Of a stretch of 64,000 nt of DNA, positions 28,093-37,518 are shown piece after piece. Position 1 is the first letter of the stretch. Every line of letters starts with the position of its first letter. Source of the DNA: Escherichia phage vB_EcoM_G37-3; sequence record MK327941.1; one strand, 5' to 3'. Made by a program: the position numbers and the translations under genes. The notes beneath the pieces were generated by a model. The model was not told where the DNA came from. It did not search any database and worked only from the letters and a program-made list of their open reading frames with translations.

Positions 28093-28380
28093 TTACAGCA
28101 TACTTAATACCGTTTGCCGTGTACTGACCCACATAGCAGAAAGCAGTTCTGGCGTGTGTGGCTGTTTGTAGATATCACGTAATTTTCCGATAGCGTAGAT
28201 ATACGCATCACGATTATCATCGATGATAGCTTGTTCAGCCCACCGCTTAAGGCGTGCAATCTCTCGCGAGTTCTTACGCAAGATCTTTTCCGCTTTCTTA
28301 GCGGCTTTAGCCTCTAGTTCTGCTTGTACTTTGTCTACTTCATTCACTGCAATCTTGTCATGCTGTTCATCATAAGTCAT
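28093..28380 (-). CDS. hypothetical protein (95 aa)
   Basis: ORF on the common strand. Confidence 0.45.
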   Translation of the reverse strand: MTYDEQHDKIAVNEVDKVQAELEAKAAKKAEKILRKNSREIARLKRWAEQAIIDDNRDAYIYAIGKLRDIYKQPHTPELLSAMWVSTRQTVLSML

Positions 28381-28381
28381 G

Positions 28382-28615
28382 TTATTTTACCTCTGGGATA
28401 TAATCAATTATTAAAGAAAATTCATCTTCTGATACATTATAGCTATGTGAGATTGTACCCGTCAAGACCTCAAGATCCGGTGATTTGATATTGCACGGAT
28501 CGATAATCACCGGAACGCCGCAATCTCTCAAAAATAATTTGGCGAAATACGGCACGAGGTCAGTTTCAAACTCTGCTTCTTCCAGCAAACGGGAAATGTT
28601 AATTTTCAATCTCAT
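28382..28615 (-). CDS. hypothetical protein (77 aa)
   Basis: ORF overlapping the 3' end of gp55. Confidence 0.4.
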   Translation of the reverse strand: MRLKINISRLLEEAEFETDLVPYFAKLFLRDCGVPVIIDPCNIKSPDLEVLTGTISHSYNVSEDEFSLIIDYIPEVK

Positions 28616-29132
28616 AAAATTGGTCCAGGCTAGGCAATTCCTCAGTCAATACATCTTCAACCTTTGGCGCTTTCGGTTTATTGACCGATTCCTCGTAGTT
28701 GTTGATTTTATCGTAAATGTCCTGTATGAATGCCTCATCAGCAATCTGGCACATATCAGCGTCGCGTTCGTCATATACATGATGCACAAAATATTTGTAT
28801 TTTGCGGCTGTCGCTGTTCTCTCTTTTTTAATGCGCTGTACAAAAGCATTAAAGCACGCTTGCGTGATGTAAGCATGAGGATTTTTATACTTTGTCTCGT
28901 CAAAATTAATCAAACCCTTGACCGCCGCTTCGATTCCGTCGTCGATCATTTCTTCGCGCCATGTTTGACTATAACCAGAAAAGTTAAAACGACGTGATAG
29001 ATTTTTAGAGATTTGCATAATTGCTAGGCCGATTTGATCGCTCATTGGAACTTGCCGACCTTCTGCTGCAATTCGTTGTTTCCAACGGCAAATTTCTTCG
29101 TAAAGCTCTTTATTGTTTACATAATCAGACAC
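28599..29132 (-). CDS. 55: late-transcription sigma factor gp55 (GTG start)
   Basis: 177 aa; [44 protein letters not shown] match T4 gp55; first codon reads GTG behind GAGGGTG RBS. Confidence 0.85.
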   Translation of the reverse strand: MSDYVNNKELYEEICRWKQRIAAEGRQVPMSDQIGLAIMQISKNLSRRFNFSGYSQTWREEMIDDGIEAAVKGLINFDETKYKNPHAYITQACFNAFVQRIKKERTATAAKYKYFVHHVYDERDADMCQIADEAFIQDIYDKINNYEESVNKPKAPKVEDVLTEELPSLDQFYEIEN

Positions 29133-29172
29133 TTCGCACCCTCGCTATTATTTAGGAAATAACCCTTTCGGG

Positions 29173-30642
29173 CTATTCCCCATTACCATTATACTTTCTT
29201 TGCTTAGTTATCCACACTCTAACCATCTCTACAGATTCGCCGTCAGACGGATCAAGAGTTTTTCCCTTTTTCTTCATGCGGTACTTAAATCCGTTAAATC
29301 TTGCATTCTCTTGCTCGTTAAAATCGAACATCTTTTTAAATGATTTTCGCCCTTTACGCTCACCACATTCTAGCGGAATCATTCGGTCTGTTATTACATT
29401 GGCATTAGGTAGAAACGTTTTTAGATAATCTACCAACGCCCAATCAGGAACATATAGATTAACATTCTCCTTGCTCTCGTTGTCTCTCAGGTTACAACGC
29501 AAACATAATTGAAATGCTGGTTCCAGATAATCAGACACATGACGCGCTTTCAAAAACTCATTTGTCGGGAGATCACAACTATTAGCAAGACCTTTTAAAA
29601 TATCAATCTCCCATCGTTGAGGGTTAAAGCTGAACATCACAGCAACATTTTTATGATGAATGTAAGAGTTAAGACCATAAGATCCGTAAGGTATCCGCTC
29701 ACCAATACCATTTGTACACGCTTCTCGGTCCCGATTCACGGTATAAATGAAGTCATCACCACATTCATTTTTAACCATATCAACAAGACGTTCAAAGGTA
29801 TTGTTTGTTTCTGACTGGTGACGCGACCAGCGTTCGGAGTCTGTCATAAGGATGATATTAACTCTATCTGTATTTTTATACTCTTTGAAATATAGTCTGG
29901 ATTCTAGCGCACTCGGAACAAAATCGCAATTTGCATAGTATCGTAGATACTTCCCACTATATGTATCAAAGAGATTTGCACATGCTATCGTAACCTTTTT
30001 AAAGTCTCCCCACGTACCGTGTTTGTTATCGTTCAAGAAAACAATTTTCGACCCATTCTTCCGGTGTCCTTCGTTATGTTTTACCATAACGTTGATTTTC
30101 TTCTCTAATAACGCCTCATAAAGCCCTCTAAGAGAAGAATCGATCATATCAGTACCATCCTTTGCACTTTCTATCTTTTCTTTGATAGCGGCCTTCTCAG
30201 AGTCTTTTAGAACTAAGTTCTGTAGGCATTCCGATTCGTCGGCGATTGGTTCGCAATGCTTCGTGATAAGTTCAAGATTAGACTTAAACGGATACTCATT
30301 AAATTCAACCAGTTGAGGAACTTCATCAATGTAAAGAGCATATTCACCAAACATTTTTGAACGTTCCATATTAGATAACGCTGTATGTGTAATGAATATC
30401 ACATCAGCACCGTCTTTAACTGATTGCATTATCGACGCTTGCACTGTCTTAAGGCTTCTTAGTCTTGTGCTATCAATCAAGACAGCACGACCGCCCATTC
30501 TTTTAAACTTATTGTAAGATTGTTCACTTAAAACACGAGATGGCGAAGCAATAACCGCTTTTTCTTTTGTCTCTAGGACGTGGGAAAGTATAGCATCAGT
30601 TTTCCCCGCCGCTGGCAATGCGATTAATGTTTCAATCTTCAT
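29173..30642 (-). CDS. P-loop NTPase with SF2-helicase-like N-terminal motifs, function unknown
   Basis: 489 aa; motif I LPAAGKT, Ia-like ASPSRVLSEQ, II-like YIDEVPQ; no clear motif VI; not at a T4 core position. Confidence 0.55.
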   Translation of the reverse strand: MKIETLIALPAAGKTDAILSHVLETKEKAVIASPSRVLSEQSYNKFKRMGGRAVLIDSTRLRSLKTVQASIMQSVKDGADVIFITHTALSNMERSKMFGEYALYIDEVPQLVEFNEYPFKSNLELITKHCEPIADESECLQNLVLKDSEKAAIKEKIESAKDGTDMIDSSLRGLYEALLEKKINVMVKHNEGHRKNGSKIVFLNDNKHGTWGDFKKVTIACANLFDTYSGKYLRYYANCDFVPSALESRLYFKEYKNTDRVNIILMTDSERWSRHQSETNNTFERLVDMVKNECGDDFIYTVNRDREACTNGIGERIPYGSYGLNSYIHHKNVAVMFSFNPQRWEIDILKGLANSCDLPTNEFLKARHVSDYLEPAFQLCLRCNLRDNESKENVNLYVPDWALVDYLKTFLPNANVITDRMIPLECGERKGRKSFKKMFDFNEQENARFNGFKYRMKKKGKTLDPSDGESVEMVRVWITKQRKYNGNGE

Positions 30643-30929
30643 TAGAAACCCTTACGTCGTGCTTTCTGGCATTTCTTGATCATTTTATCAGAAATTTCGC
30701 GCTTAGGTGCAATCTCTTTCACACCGAAAGCACTAATGCCAAATTCAGAGAGAATATATTCAACCAACAATTCACGCACACGCGCTTTACCGATATTCAC
30801 GCCGTTATTTTTCAGATATGTCTGGCCTTCGACTTGCATCAGATCTAAATCCGCGTCGGTAATATTGATTTCTTCCATGCGCCCAAATCGAGAGTAAACC
30901 ATGTGTGCGATTGCATTGTGTACTAACAT
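30642..30929 (-). CDS. hypothetical protein (95 aa)
   Basis: Internal ATG at 30929 behind GAGGA RBS; basic C-terminus. Confidence 0.45.
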   Translation of the reverse strand: MLVHNAIAHMVYSRFGRMEEINITDADLDLMQVEGQTYLKNNGVNIGKARVRELLVEYILSEFGISAFGVKEIAPKREISDKMIKKCQKARRKGF

Positions 30930-30950
30930 AATATATTCCTCACTCAAGAA

Positions 30951-31109
30951 TTACTTAATGATACTTACTTTACCAGATCCGTGACAATGAGCGCAACACC
31001 CATCACCACGCAATCCTGTTCCGTTACAATGTTTACACTTCTTCAACGGTAAAGCCATTATAGCAAATAAAGCAATAATGAATACCGAAACTAAATTCTC
31101 AATAATCAT
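30951..31109 (-). CDS. small membrane-anchored zinc-ribbon peptide (52 aa)
   Basis: Below track cutoff; N-terminal hydrophobic helix then CKHCNGTG...CCAHCHGSG; start overlaps 3' end of nrdH. Confidence 0.35.
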   Translation of the reverse strand: MIIENLVSVFIIALFAIMALPLKKCKHCNGTGLRGDGCCAHCHGSGKVSIIK

Positions 31110-31368
31110 AAATCGCCCTCAGTTCTTTATAGCCTCCAATGTGCTCGTTGTCAATGAATATCTGGGGGTATACAAACCGGAGGCTCTTTGAGTTCAGCCT
31201 CCCAGCCAGTTCTTCAATCATATCACGGTCGGGAATAATGTCAACCCCGACCTGCTTGAATACTGGTTTAAGTGTATACGGAATACCCAGGTCATCCAGT
31301 AGCTTCATTGCACTAATACAACCATAACAATGATAAGCCTCTTTCGGTATGCCGTATATCTCGATCAT
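31099..31368 (-). CDS. nrdH: glutaredoxin-like protein NrdH
   Basis: 89 aa; redox motif CYGC near N-terminus; next to nrdG/nrdD. Confidence 0.7.
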   Translation of the reverse strand: MIEIYGIPKEAYHCYGCISAMKLLDDLGIPYTLKPVFKQVGVDIIPDRDMIEELAGRLNSKSLRFVYPQIFIDNEHIGGYKELRAIYDY

Positions 31369-31841
31369 TTCTCAGCCTTTAATCTTTCTAGTTCTTCTTC
31401 CAGTTCCTTGATCCGTTGGTCACGTTCAAAGTCACGCTGTAGCTTAGTGGCAAATACTCGCTTAAACTGATTGTAATCATCGATTTTAAACACTTCTTCT
31501 TCGCCATAGCGACGCACAGAAACTTCGTAGTTATTGAAGAATTGTTGCATCATTGCTTCGGATGATAGTTCTGCTGATACTACTTTAAAATATTGATCTT
31601 CGGTAGGTGAAAACCAATTGCAAGCATAAAGATAAACCTTTTCATTGTCTGGACACTGGTAAGCCTTACCATCGATTTCAATCACAGAAACATATTCAGG
31701 TATACTAGATGAATCAATAGCTAAGACTTTAAACGCACGGTCCCCGATAAACTCGGAGATCACACGATTCGCATCACTGGTTGCAAATGCTTTACGCGCT
31801 TGTTCGTTTTTCCACTGATAGGTCATACCAACAACAAACAT
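31365..31841 (-). CDS. paralog-family protein P1 (one beta-domain plus C-terminal helix)
   Basis: GMTYQWKNEQARKAF...AFKVLAIDS...IEIDGKAY...QYFKVV; ATG at 31841 behind GAGGT RBS. Confidence 0.55.
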   Translation of the reverse strand: MFVVGMTYQWKNEQARKAFATSDANRVISEFIGDRAFKVLAIDSSSIPEYVSVIEIDGKAYQCPDNEKVYLYACNWFSPTEDQYFKVVSAELSSEAMMQQFFNNYEVSVRRYGEEEVFKIDDYNQFKRVFATKLQRDFERDQRIKELEEELERLKAEK

Positions 31842-31842
31842 A

Positions 31843-32667
31843 TTACCAACCTCGCTCTTTACCAATCAAAAATTCAACTTCACGACGTTTAATGTCTTCT
31901 TGAAGGTCTTTAATCTTCTGGCGATCTTGCATGATTTCATCCATCTTGTCAAGTGCCGCAATGAAATCATCGAAACGTTCAAAGGTTTTACCTTCATTTG
32001 CTTCGCCAAATTTAACCATTGTCAGGCCGTAACGACTACTAAACAGACGTTTCAACTGTCCAACGATTTTAGAATCAGTGGTTATAATTTCCAATTCTTC
32101 TACTTCACGAAAGAATTTTCTATCAGAATCAATAAACCAGCTAGTTCCTTTATGGTCTCTATCTTCGGTTGCGCTCATTAGAGTATGGTCTTTACCATCA
32201 ATTTCAATTACATCAATTTGCCCACATGGACTAACATTTTTAACAGTAAAAGGTCTATAATTTATTGCTCGTGCAATAACATAATTAAGGTTAGATACGT
32301 TTTCAGCATAATGGCAGAAGTCGGTCATAGCATTCGCATCTTTCCAAGTATAAGTTTTACCAACTTCCCATTTCTGGGGAACTTCTTCAACTTCACGAAA
32401 GAATTTTCTATCGAATGGACTAAAGAAATATGTTGCAGTCCAAATGTCTTTTCCTGTAGCAGTTTTCGCCGTATGATAAACACCGTCTAGCTCTATTGCA
32501 TTAATCCAACCGTTACCCTCGATCTCGATGATGGTAAATGGCTTGTCACCAATAGCTGCACTAATATCGCTGTTAAGTGGAGAAAGAACACCTTCTCCGT
32601 TAGTAATAAACTCAGTTTTAGCGTTTTCATCTTTCCAGGTGTAAGTTTTACCAATTTCCCATTTCAT
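31843..32667 (-). CDS. paralog-family protein P2 (two tandem domains)
   Basis: Two copies of W-E-[IV]-GKTYTWKD...PFT[IV]...IEIDGK...DRKFFREVEE. Confidence 0.6.
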   Translation of the reverse strand: MKWEIGKTYTWKDENAKTEFITNGEGVLSPLNSDISAAIGDKPFTIIEIEGNGWINAIELDGVYHTAKTATGKDIWTATYFFSPFDRKFFREVEEVPQKWEVGKTYTWKDANAMTDFCHYAENVSNLNYVIARAINYRPFTVKNVSPCGQIDVIEIDGKDHTLMSATEDRDHKGTSWFIDSDRKFFREVEELEIITTDSKIVGQLKRLFSSRYGLTMVKFGEANEGKTFERFDDFIAALDKMDEIMQDRQKIKDLQEDIKRREVEFLIGKERGW

Positions 32668-32679
32668 AATATATTCCCC

Positions 32680-33165
32680 TTAACCGATTTTATCAAGTTC
32701 GTTTAATGCTTTCTCTGCTTCCTGTATAGCTTGCACTCTTTCCGGCATTTTGTCAAGAAAATCTTTCAACTCTTCAAAACTGGAGATATGACGCAAGGCA
32801 TTAGCACCGATAGCCGCATGTGATTTGCATTCAAAGCGGATTTTATAATTATCCATAGCCAATTTGAGAAGGTCTATTAGATCATATTCATGACCAGGCA
32901 ATAAAACTTCTTTGAAGCACGCTCGGTCGCCATCGGAAAACCATATATTATCACCAACATCGATAGAACTAATATAATCCCCTTCGTGATTATAGATTGA
33001 ACGTACATTACCCCAACGGTCTACCGTAGCGACAGTAAATGGTTTATCTAGATATGTAAACACACCATCAATATTAGGTTTTTGTTCGTAACGCCAACAA
33101 TCACGCAAAATGCGCTTTTCGTCCTCACCAACCAACTTATATGTCTTCCCTTCTTCCCATTTCAT
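32680..33165 (-). CDS. paralog-family protein P3
   Basis: MKWEEGKTYK...PFTVATVD...; C-terminal LKDFLDKMPERV helix; ATG at 33165. Confidence 0.55.
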   Translation of the reverse strand: MKWEEGKTYKLVGEDEKRILRDCWRYEQKPNIDGVFTYLDKPFTVATVDRWGNVRSIYNHEGDYISSIDVGDNIWFSDGDRACFKEVLLPGHEYDLIDLLKLAMDNYKIRFECKSHAAIGANALRHISSFEELKDFLDKMPERVQAIQEAEKALNELDKIG

Positions 33166-33169
33166 AATA

Positions 33170-33695
33170 TCATCTCTCATTTTTGATACGTGATTCTAAT
33201 TGGATCATACGGTCGCGCGTTTGCTTGTATTCTCGAATAGCACCGATCCGGCTAGGCATACCATCAAGCACGCTCTTAATCCCTTCTATGGTAGTGATTT
33301 TAGCAATGCTATTATGTAACCCCATCTTATCGATCAACTGAATGTCGTAGGCTTCCATAAGCAGACCCAGACGTTCTAAAGTTAGGTCTTCTTTTTTCTT
33401 CCGATTCTGGAATCTTAGGTTCAATAGTAACTTCGGTAAAGAAACGGCGCTCACCTGACCAAAACCACACACCGGAACAACCAATAGGGGATTCTTTTAG
33501 CGTCATAGAGTCGTAACCACTGCCGATAATAGTAATTTCTCTAACATCACCATCATCGTCAATGTCTTCTACCATAAAAGGGCGACCAGCCAACAAGTCA
33601 ACAATACATCTGTTAATAGACGACGAAAATTTAGTCAGTTCGGCTTTCGACGCTTCGCATTCAATCTTGTAAGTTTTACCAACTTCCCATTCCAT
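33170..33695 (-). pseudogene. paralog-family member P4 interrupted by a frameshift
   Basis: N-terminal domain in frame of 33327..33704, C-terminal helix (GMPSRIGAI) in frame of 33170..33484; frames meet at an A6 run near 33392..33397. Confidence 0.45.
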
Positions 33696-33705
33696 AATAA
33701 TCACC

Positions 33706-34209
33706 TCAAATAATTTTCACTGGAATACTATTAACAATCTTGTATTGTACTTGATTGTCAGACCCCCGCCACGGCTTCTTCGTTGGCATATCTTTAATAT
33801 AACGACCATCGATGAACATGTCAACTGATTCTACAATTTTTCTTTGCTCATCATTCAATTGGTCAAGGGTATAACCGGACCATAGCCAAATATCTTTATT
33901 TGGCATCCATGATTTTACTTCATCGATGATCCGCTGTACACCCTTTAAATTGCGTTTATACAGTGGATCGCCACCTAAGAATGTTAGCCCCTGAATAAAA
34001 TCAGGTCTAAGCAGATCCAGAATCAATCCCATTGTATCATCGGTGAATGGTTCCCCGTTCTTAGGATTGAGTATGCTAGCATTAAAGCAACCATCACATG
34101 CGTGTGAACATCCGGTAACGTAAAGGGAGACTCTCACTCCCTCACCGTTAACCATATCACAATCTTTAATATCGGCATAGCGTAGTTTGCCGTATGTATC
34201 AGAACTCAT
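33706..34209 (-). CDS. nrdG: anaerobic ribonucleotide reductase activating protein NrdG (radical SAM)
   Basis: CSHACDGC cluster, GGDPL motif; aligns with T4 NrdG; ATG at 34209. Confidence 0.85.
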   Translation of the reverse strand: MSSDTYGKLRYADIKDCDMVNGEGVRVSLYVTGCSHACDGCFNASILNPKNGEPFTDDTMGLILDLLRPDFIQGLTFLGGDPLYKRNLKGVQRIIDEVKSWMPNKDIWLWSGYTLDQLNDEQRKIVESVDMFIDGRYIKDMPTKKPWRGSDNQVQYKIVNSIPVKII

Positions 34210-34351
34210 ATTCAATTACCCCGAACTCGTTTACAATCTGCGCTTTATAGTAACCACCGCGAGATGCCAATAGATAAGCTGGGCTTAGGTATTCGTATTC
34301 ACGGATTTCTACTTGTGCGTTTTCAGTTTCCCAAATCAGTAAAGTCCACAT
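34199..34351 (-). CDS. small protein (50 aa)
   Basis: Below track cutoff; AGGAGAATCAAAT leader after an early promoter; stop overlaps nrdG start. Confidence 0.35.
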   Translation of the reverse strand: MWTLLIWETENAQVEIREYEYLSPAYLLASRGGYYKAQIVNEFGVIEYEF

Positions 34352-34393
34352 ATTTGATTCTCCTGTAAAGTTGTATCTCGTCTTGATGAATAT

Positions 34394-34422
34394 AGTATAG
34401 GGGATCTCGCGATCCCCGTCAA
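34394..34422 (-). promoter_or_regulatory. early promoter (PeSL-type) TTGACG-N17-TATACT
   Basis: Spacer hairpin GGGGATCGCGAGATCCCC; approximate. Confidence 0.5.
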
Positions 34423-34431
34423 GCGTTTATT

Positions 34432-34953
34432 TTAATTTTTTCGAATGTATTCAGACCATTCCTTCCCTGTCAGTTCGGTCCCATTCTGGAAACTGAAATA
34501 TTCATACGGCATCGAGTCAAGATAAAACAGGATCATACATCGCGCCATATAATACCAATCACGATTAAAGTAAACTACGTTATCACCATTACCATCAGCA
34601 CCTTTATCATAACCATCGCGGGTACGGGCAACCCATTGAATAGTATCATTTTTCTCACGGATAATAACAGGTTCCCAATATCCAGCACATCCAGCATGAC
34701 CACACGAACAAGTAAGGAAATATTGACCTTTTGCTTTGTTGTCATCCCATTCACGATGGATTGGTTCGATCTCGTGAAACAATGCCAAGCAATCATGATT
34801 ATGCAACACTGGCTTACCATCAATCAATGCATGGAATGTATACAAACGACCAGTAGACAGATAGCTATCCTCACGCTCAACCAGTTCAATAGCAATCTTT
34901 TTAGCTCGTTCTTTGTGTCGTTGTGCTTTACGCTTACGGTTTAATGATTTCAT
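34432..34953 (-). CDS. hypothetical Cys-rich protein (173 aa)
   Basis: Cluster CSCGHAGCAGYW; ATG at 34953 behind GGGGTG. Confidence 0.5.
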   Translation of the reverse strand: MKSLNRKRKAQRHKERAKKIAIELVEREDSYLSTGRLYTFHALIDGKPVLHNHDCLALFHEIEPIHREWDDNKAKGQYFLTCSCGHAGCAGYWEPVIIREKNDTIQWVARTRDGYDKGADGNGDNVVYFNRDWYYMARCMILFYLDSMPYEYFSFQNGTELTGKEWSEYIRKN

Positions 34954-34970
34954 ATTCACCCCACACATTA

Positions 34971-35510
34971 TCAAAGGTCGCGATATAGTACATTATGAAA
35001 ATGAGAACTTGCATTACCAATATTGTAGATAATAAATTCTTCATCCGGCGCTTGCGCTACAAATTGAGTATGAGCAACCGCCACAACCTTAAAAATACGA
35101 TCCGTGATCTTGTGTTTAATTTCTGCCCCTACTTCCATAGGAACATATTCATTTGTTTCTGTTTCAGTCGCAAAACAGCCATCTTCTTCATAAGCACGAA
35201 TAAATCGGTCGCAATCAGTACGCTTAACAAATTCAAGAGTATATAATTCTCGTGAATTGTCGGTATAGACCAATACAGAATTATTATGATAGCGAATCAC
35301 ATACAGGTTATTATCATCGTCAATTACGCAAAAGCTACGGATTCCTTCGCCTTGACTCCAGCAGATATTAACCACCGTTCCTCTAATAAAAAAACTTTCC
35401 TTTAAATTAAAACTAGCCAATGTGCTAGCGTGCATTTTAACAACAACACCATCACCAATTTCCAGTTTACGAAGTTTAACTTCTTTGCTCAGTACACAAA
35501 ACATCATCAT
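34971..35510 (-). CDS. hypothetical protein (179 aa)
   Basis: ATG at 35510 behind GAGAGGA RBS and early promoter. Confidence 0.5.
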   Translation of the reverse strand: MMMFCVLSKEVKLRKLEIGDGVVVKMHASTLASFNLKESFFIRGTVVNICWSQGEGIRSFCVIDDDNNLYVIRYHNNSVLVYTDNSRELYTLEFVKRTDCDRFIRAYEEDGCFATETETNEYVPMEVGAEIKHKITDRIFKVVAVAHTQFVAQAPDEEFIIYNIGNASSHFHNVLYRDL

Positions 35511-35539
35511 GTTGTCCTCTCGTTGTTTTCGATGTGAGC

Positions 35540-35567
35540 ATTATACATTAGCTAATCATGTTGTCAA
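35540..35567 (-). promoter_or_regulatory. sigma70-like early promoter TTGACA-N16-TATAAT
   Basis: Consensus hexamers on minus strand; approximate. Confidence 0.55.
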
Positions 35568-35576
35568 CACCCCAAA

Positions 35577-35605
35577 ACGAAAAAGCCGACCCTTTCGGAT
35601 CGGCT
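35577..35605 (-). terminator. intrinsic terminator after nrdD
   Basis: Minus strand AGCCGATCCGAAAGGGTCGGCT followed by TTTTCGTTTT. Confidence 0.6.
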
Positions 35606-35610
35606 GAAAT

Positions 35611-37473
35611 TTACATGTGCTTAACGCGGTTTACCATCTCGGAGTGTTTCCCGTGGTTGAATGGACGCAGATCAACAGATCCAAGATATCCACTAACGCG
35701 ACGGATAACATTCATCTTTTCCAGATTGTCATTACCGCAATCAGGACAAACAAAACCAGACTCGGTCGCTCTCATTTCCTTAGTGGATCCGCATACATGA
35801 CATACATCAGAAGGAGTATTAACACCGAAGTAGTGCAATTTATCCATTGCATAGTCTACTACAGTTTCAAGACCTTTCAGGTTGTTTTTCATGTCTGGGA
35901 ACTCAACATAAGAGATCATGCCACCGGACGCCAGCCAGTGATAATCTTTCTCAAAGTCGATTTTCTCAAATGGAGTGACTTTCCGGTCTACGTCAAGATG
36001 GAATGAGTTGGTGTACCAGTCTTTATCGGTAGCACCCTTAACAATACCAAATTGCTCTCGGTCCAGTCGATTAAATCGATAGCAAAGGCTCTCGGCTGGC
36101 GTACCGTAAAGACTAAACCCAAGTCCGGTTTCATCCTTCCATTTTTCAGTATAATGACGCAAGATCTTAAGAATATGTTTACCGTATCGCTGCGCATCTT
36201 CCGAATCAAACGGATGAACATCAAACAGGACGCTCAATACCTCATGTAAACCAATATATCCAAGAGAGATACTAGCGCGACCATCTTTCAGAACTTCCAA
36301 AATTTCATCGTTTTGATGAATACGGAAAAATGCACCTTCTGTATACAGTACAGGAGCAACATTGGCTTTAGCCCCTTTTAAAGCGTCTACGCGACTCATG
36401 AGCGCATCAAAGCAAATAGGCATACGATTAGCTAGCTCTTGTTCGAATAGCTCAATTCTGCGCATTACAGACGCTTTACCAGCACGACGCGCGGCAATAA
36501 GGGCAATACGCGGAAGATTTAGAGTCACAACACCTAAGTTATTACGTCCGTCTAATACTTCTTCGCCTTTCTCATTATGCCACACACCCAGGAAGCTACG
36601 ACAACCCATCGGGCTAACCGGAACACTAGATCCGGTGATACTACGGTTATTCTTCGCAGAGATATAATCAGGGTAAAGACGCTTACTCGAACATTCCAAT
36701 GCAAGTTGCTTAATGTCGTAGTTCGGATCTTCCGGTTTAAGGTTTAATCCTTCTTCTAAGAACATCACCAGCTTAGGAAACACCGGAGTGATACCATCTT
36801 TACCTAAACCTTTAGTTCGAACGTTCAGGATCGCTTTCTGAATCAGTTTTTCTTCCCAGCTAGTACCCATACCAAAGGTTAAAGTCACAAAAGGCGTTTG
36901 ACCGTTGGTGGAGAACAAAGTGTTGATTTCATATTCCAACGCTTGATACCCGTCTAAAGTTTCTTTTTCTGTCTTCTCTTGTGCATAGAGAGTATCAGCT
37001 TTGATTCCGTAGGTTTCGGCATCAGCAAGGTGTTTATGATATGTTTTCTCAACATACGGTGCTAACACCTGATCGATGTTTGCGATTGTGGTCCCGCCAT
37101 ATTGATGACTTGCCACCTGTGCGATAATTTGAGCGGTTACAGCACAAGCAACGCCGATTGATTTCGGACTTTCGATTTGTGCGCTACCCAATTTAAAACC
37201 ATTCTCTAACATGTCTTTTAGATTAACAAGACAGCAGTTAGTAAACGGCATAGCGGGTGCATAATCCATATCATGATAATGAATATCACCGTCTACATGC
37301 GCTTTATAGATGTGCTCAGGTAACACGGTTTTAGCAATCTGTTTAGACACAGCACCAGCAATCAGATCTCGACGTGTCGGGAATGTTCGCGCGTCTTTGT
37401 TCGCGTTCTCTTTGCTTACTTCGTTTTCTTTACCCGTTGCGATCTCTGTAATGTCTTTGATTAGTTTTTCCAT
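35611..37473 (-). CDS. nrdD: anaerobic ribonucleoside-triphosphate reductase NrdD (class III)
   Basis: 620 aa; C-terminal zinc ribbon CHVCGS...CPDCG and glycyl radical motif RVSGYLG; continuous ORF, no intron. Confidence 0.92.
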   Translation of the reverse strand: MEKLIKDITEIATGKENEVSKENANKDARTFPTRRDLIAGAVSKQIAKTVLPEHIYKAHVDGDIHYHDMDYAPAMPFTNCCLVNLKDMLENGFKLGSAQIESPKSIGVACAVTAQIIAQVASHQYGGTTIANIDQVLAPYVEKTYHKHLADAETYGIKADTLYAQEKTEKETLDGYQALEYEINTLFSTNGQTPFVTLTFGMGTSWEEKLIQKAILNVRTKGLGKDGITPVFPKLVMFLEEGLNLKPEDPNYDIKQLALECSSKRLYPDYISAKNNRSITGSSVPVSPMGCRSFLGVWHNEKGEEVLDGRNNLGVVTLNLPRIALIAARRAGKASVMRRIELFEQELANRMPICFDALMSRVDALKGAKANVAPVLYTEGAFFRIHQNDEILEVLKDGRASISLGYIGLHEVLSVLFDVHPFDSEDAQRYGKHILKILRHYTEKWKDETGLGFSLYGTPAESLCYRFNRLDREQFGIVKGATDKDWYTNSFHLDVDRKVTPFEKIDFEKDYHWLASGGMISYVEFPDMKNNLKGLETVVDYAMDKLHYFGVNTPSDVCHVCGSTKEMRATESGFVCPDCGNDNLEKMNVIRRVSGYLGSVDLRPFNHGKHSEMVNRVKHM

Positions 37474-37484
37474 TGTATCACCTA

Positions 37485-37509
37485 TGAAAAAGCGGGATTT
37501 TCTCCCGCT
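37485..37509 (-). promoter_or_regulatory. GC hairpin plus T-run about 12 nt upstream of nrdD start (attenuator or operator candidate)
   Basis: Minus strand AGCGGGAGAAAATCCCGCT then TTTTTC, running into the nrdD RBS. Confidence 0.4.
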
Positions 37510-37518
37510 CGTTGATAG

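Noticed and set aside
33170-33704. Treating 33327..33704 and 33170..33484 as two independent overlapping genes
   Set aside because: Together they reconstruct one family member (N-terminal domain plus conserved C-terminal helix) across a frameshift at an A-run
35611-37473. Group I intron in nrdD, as in T4
   Set aside because: The nrdD reading frame is continuous for 620 codons with motifs in the expected order
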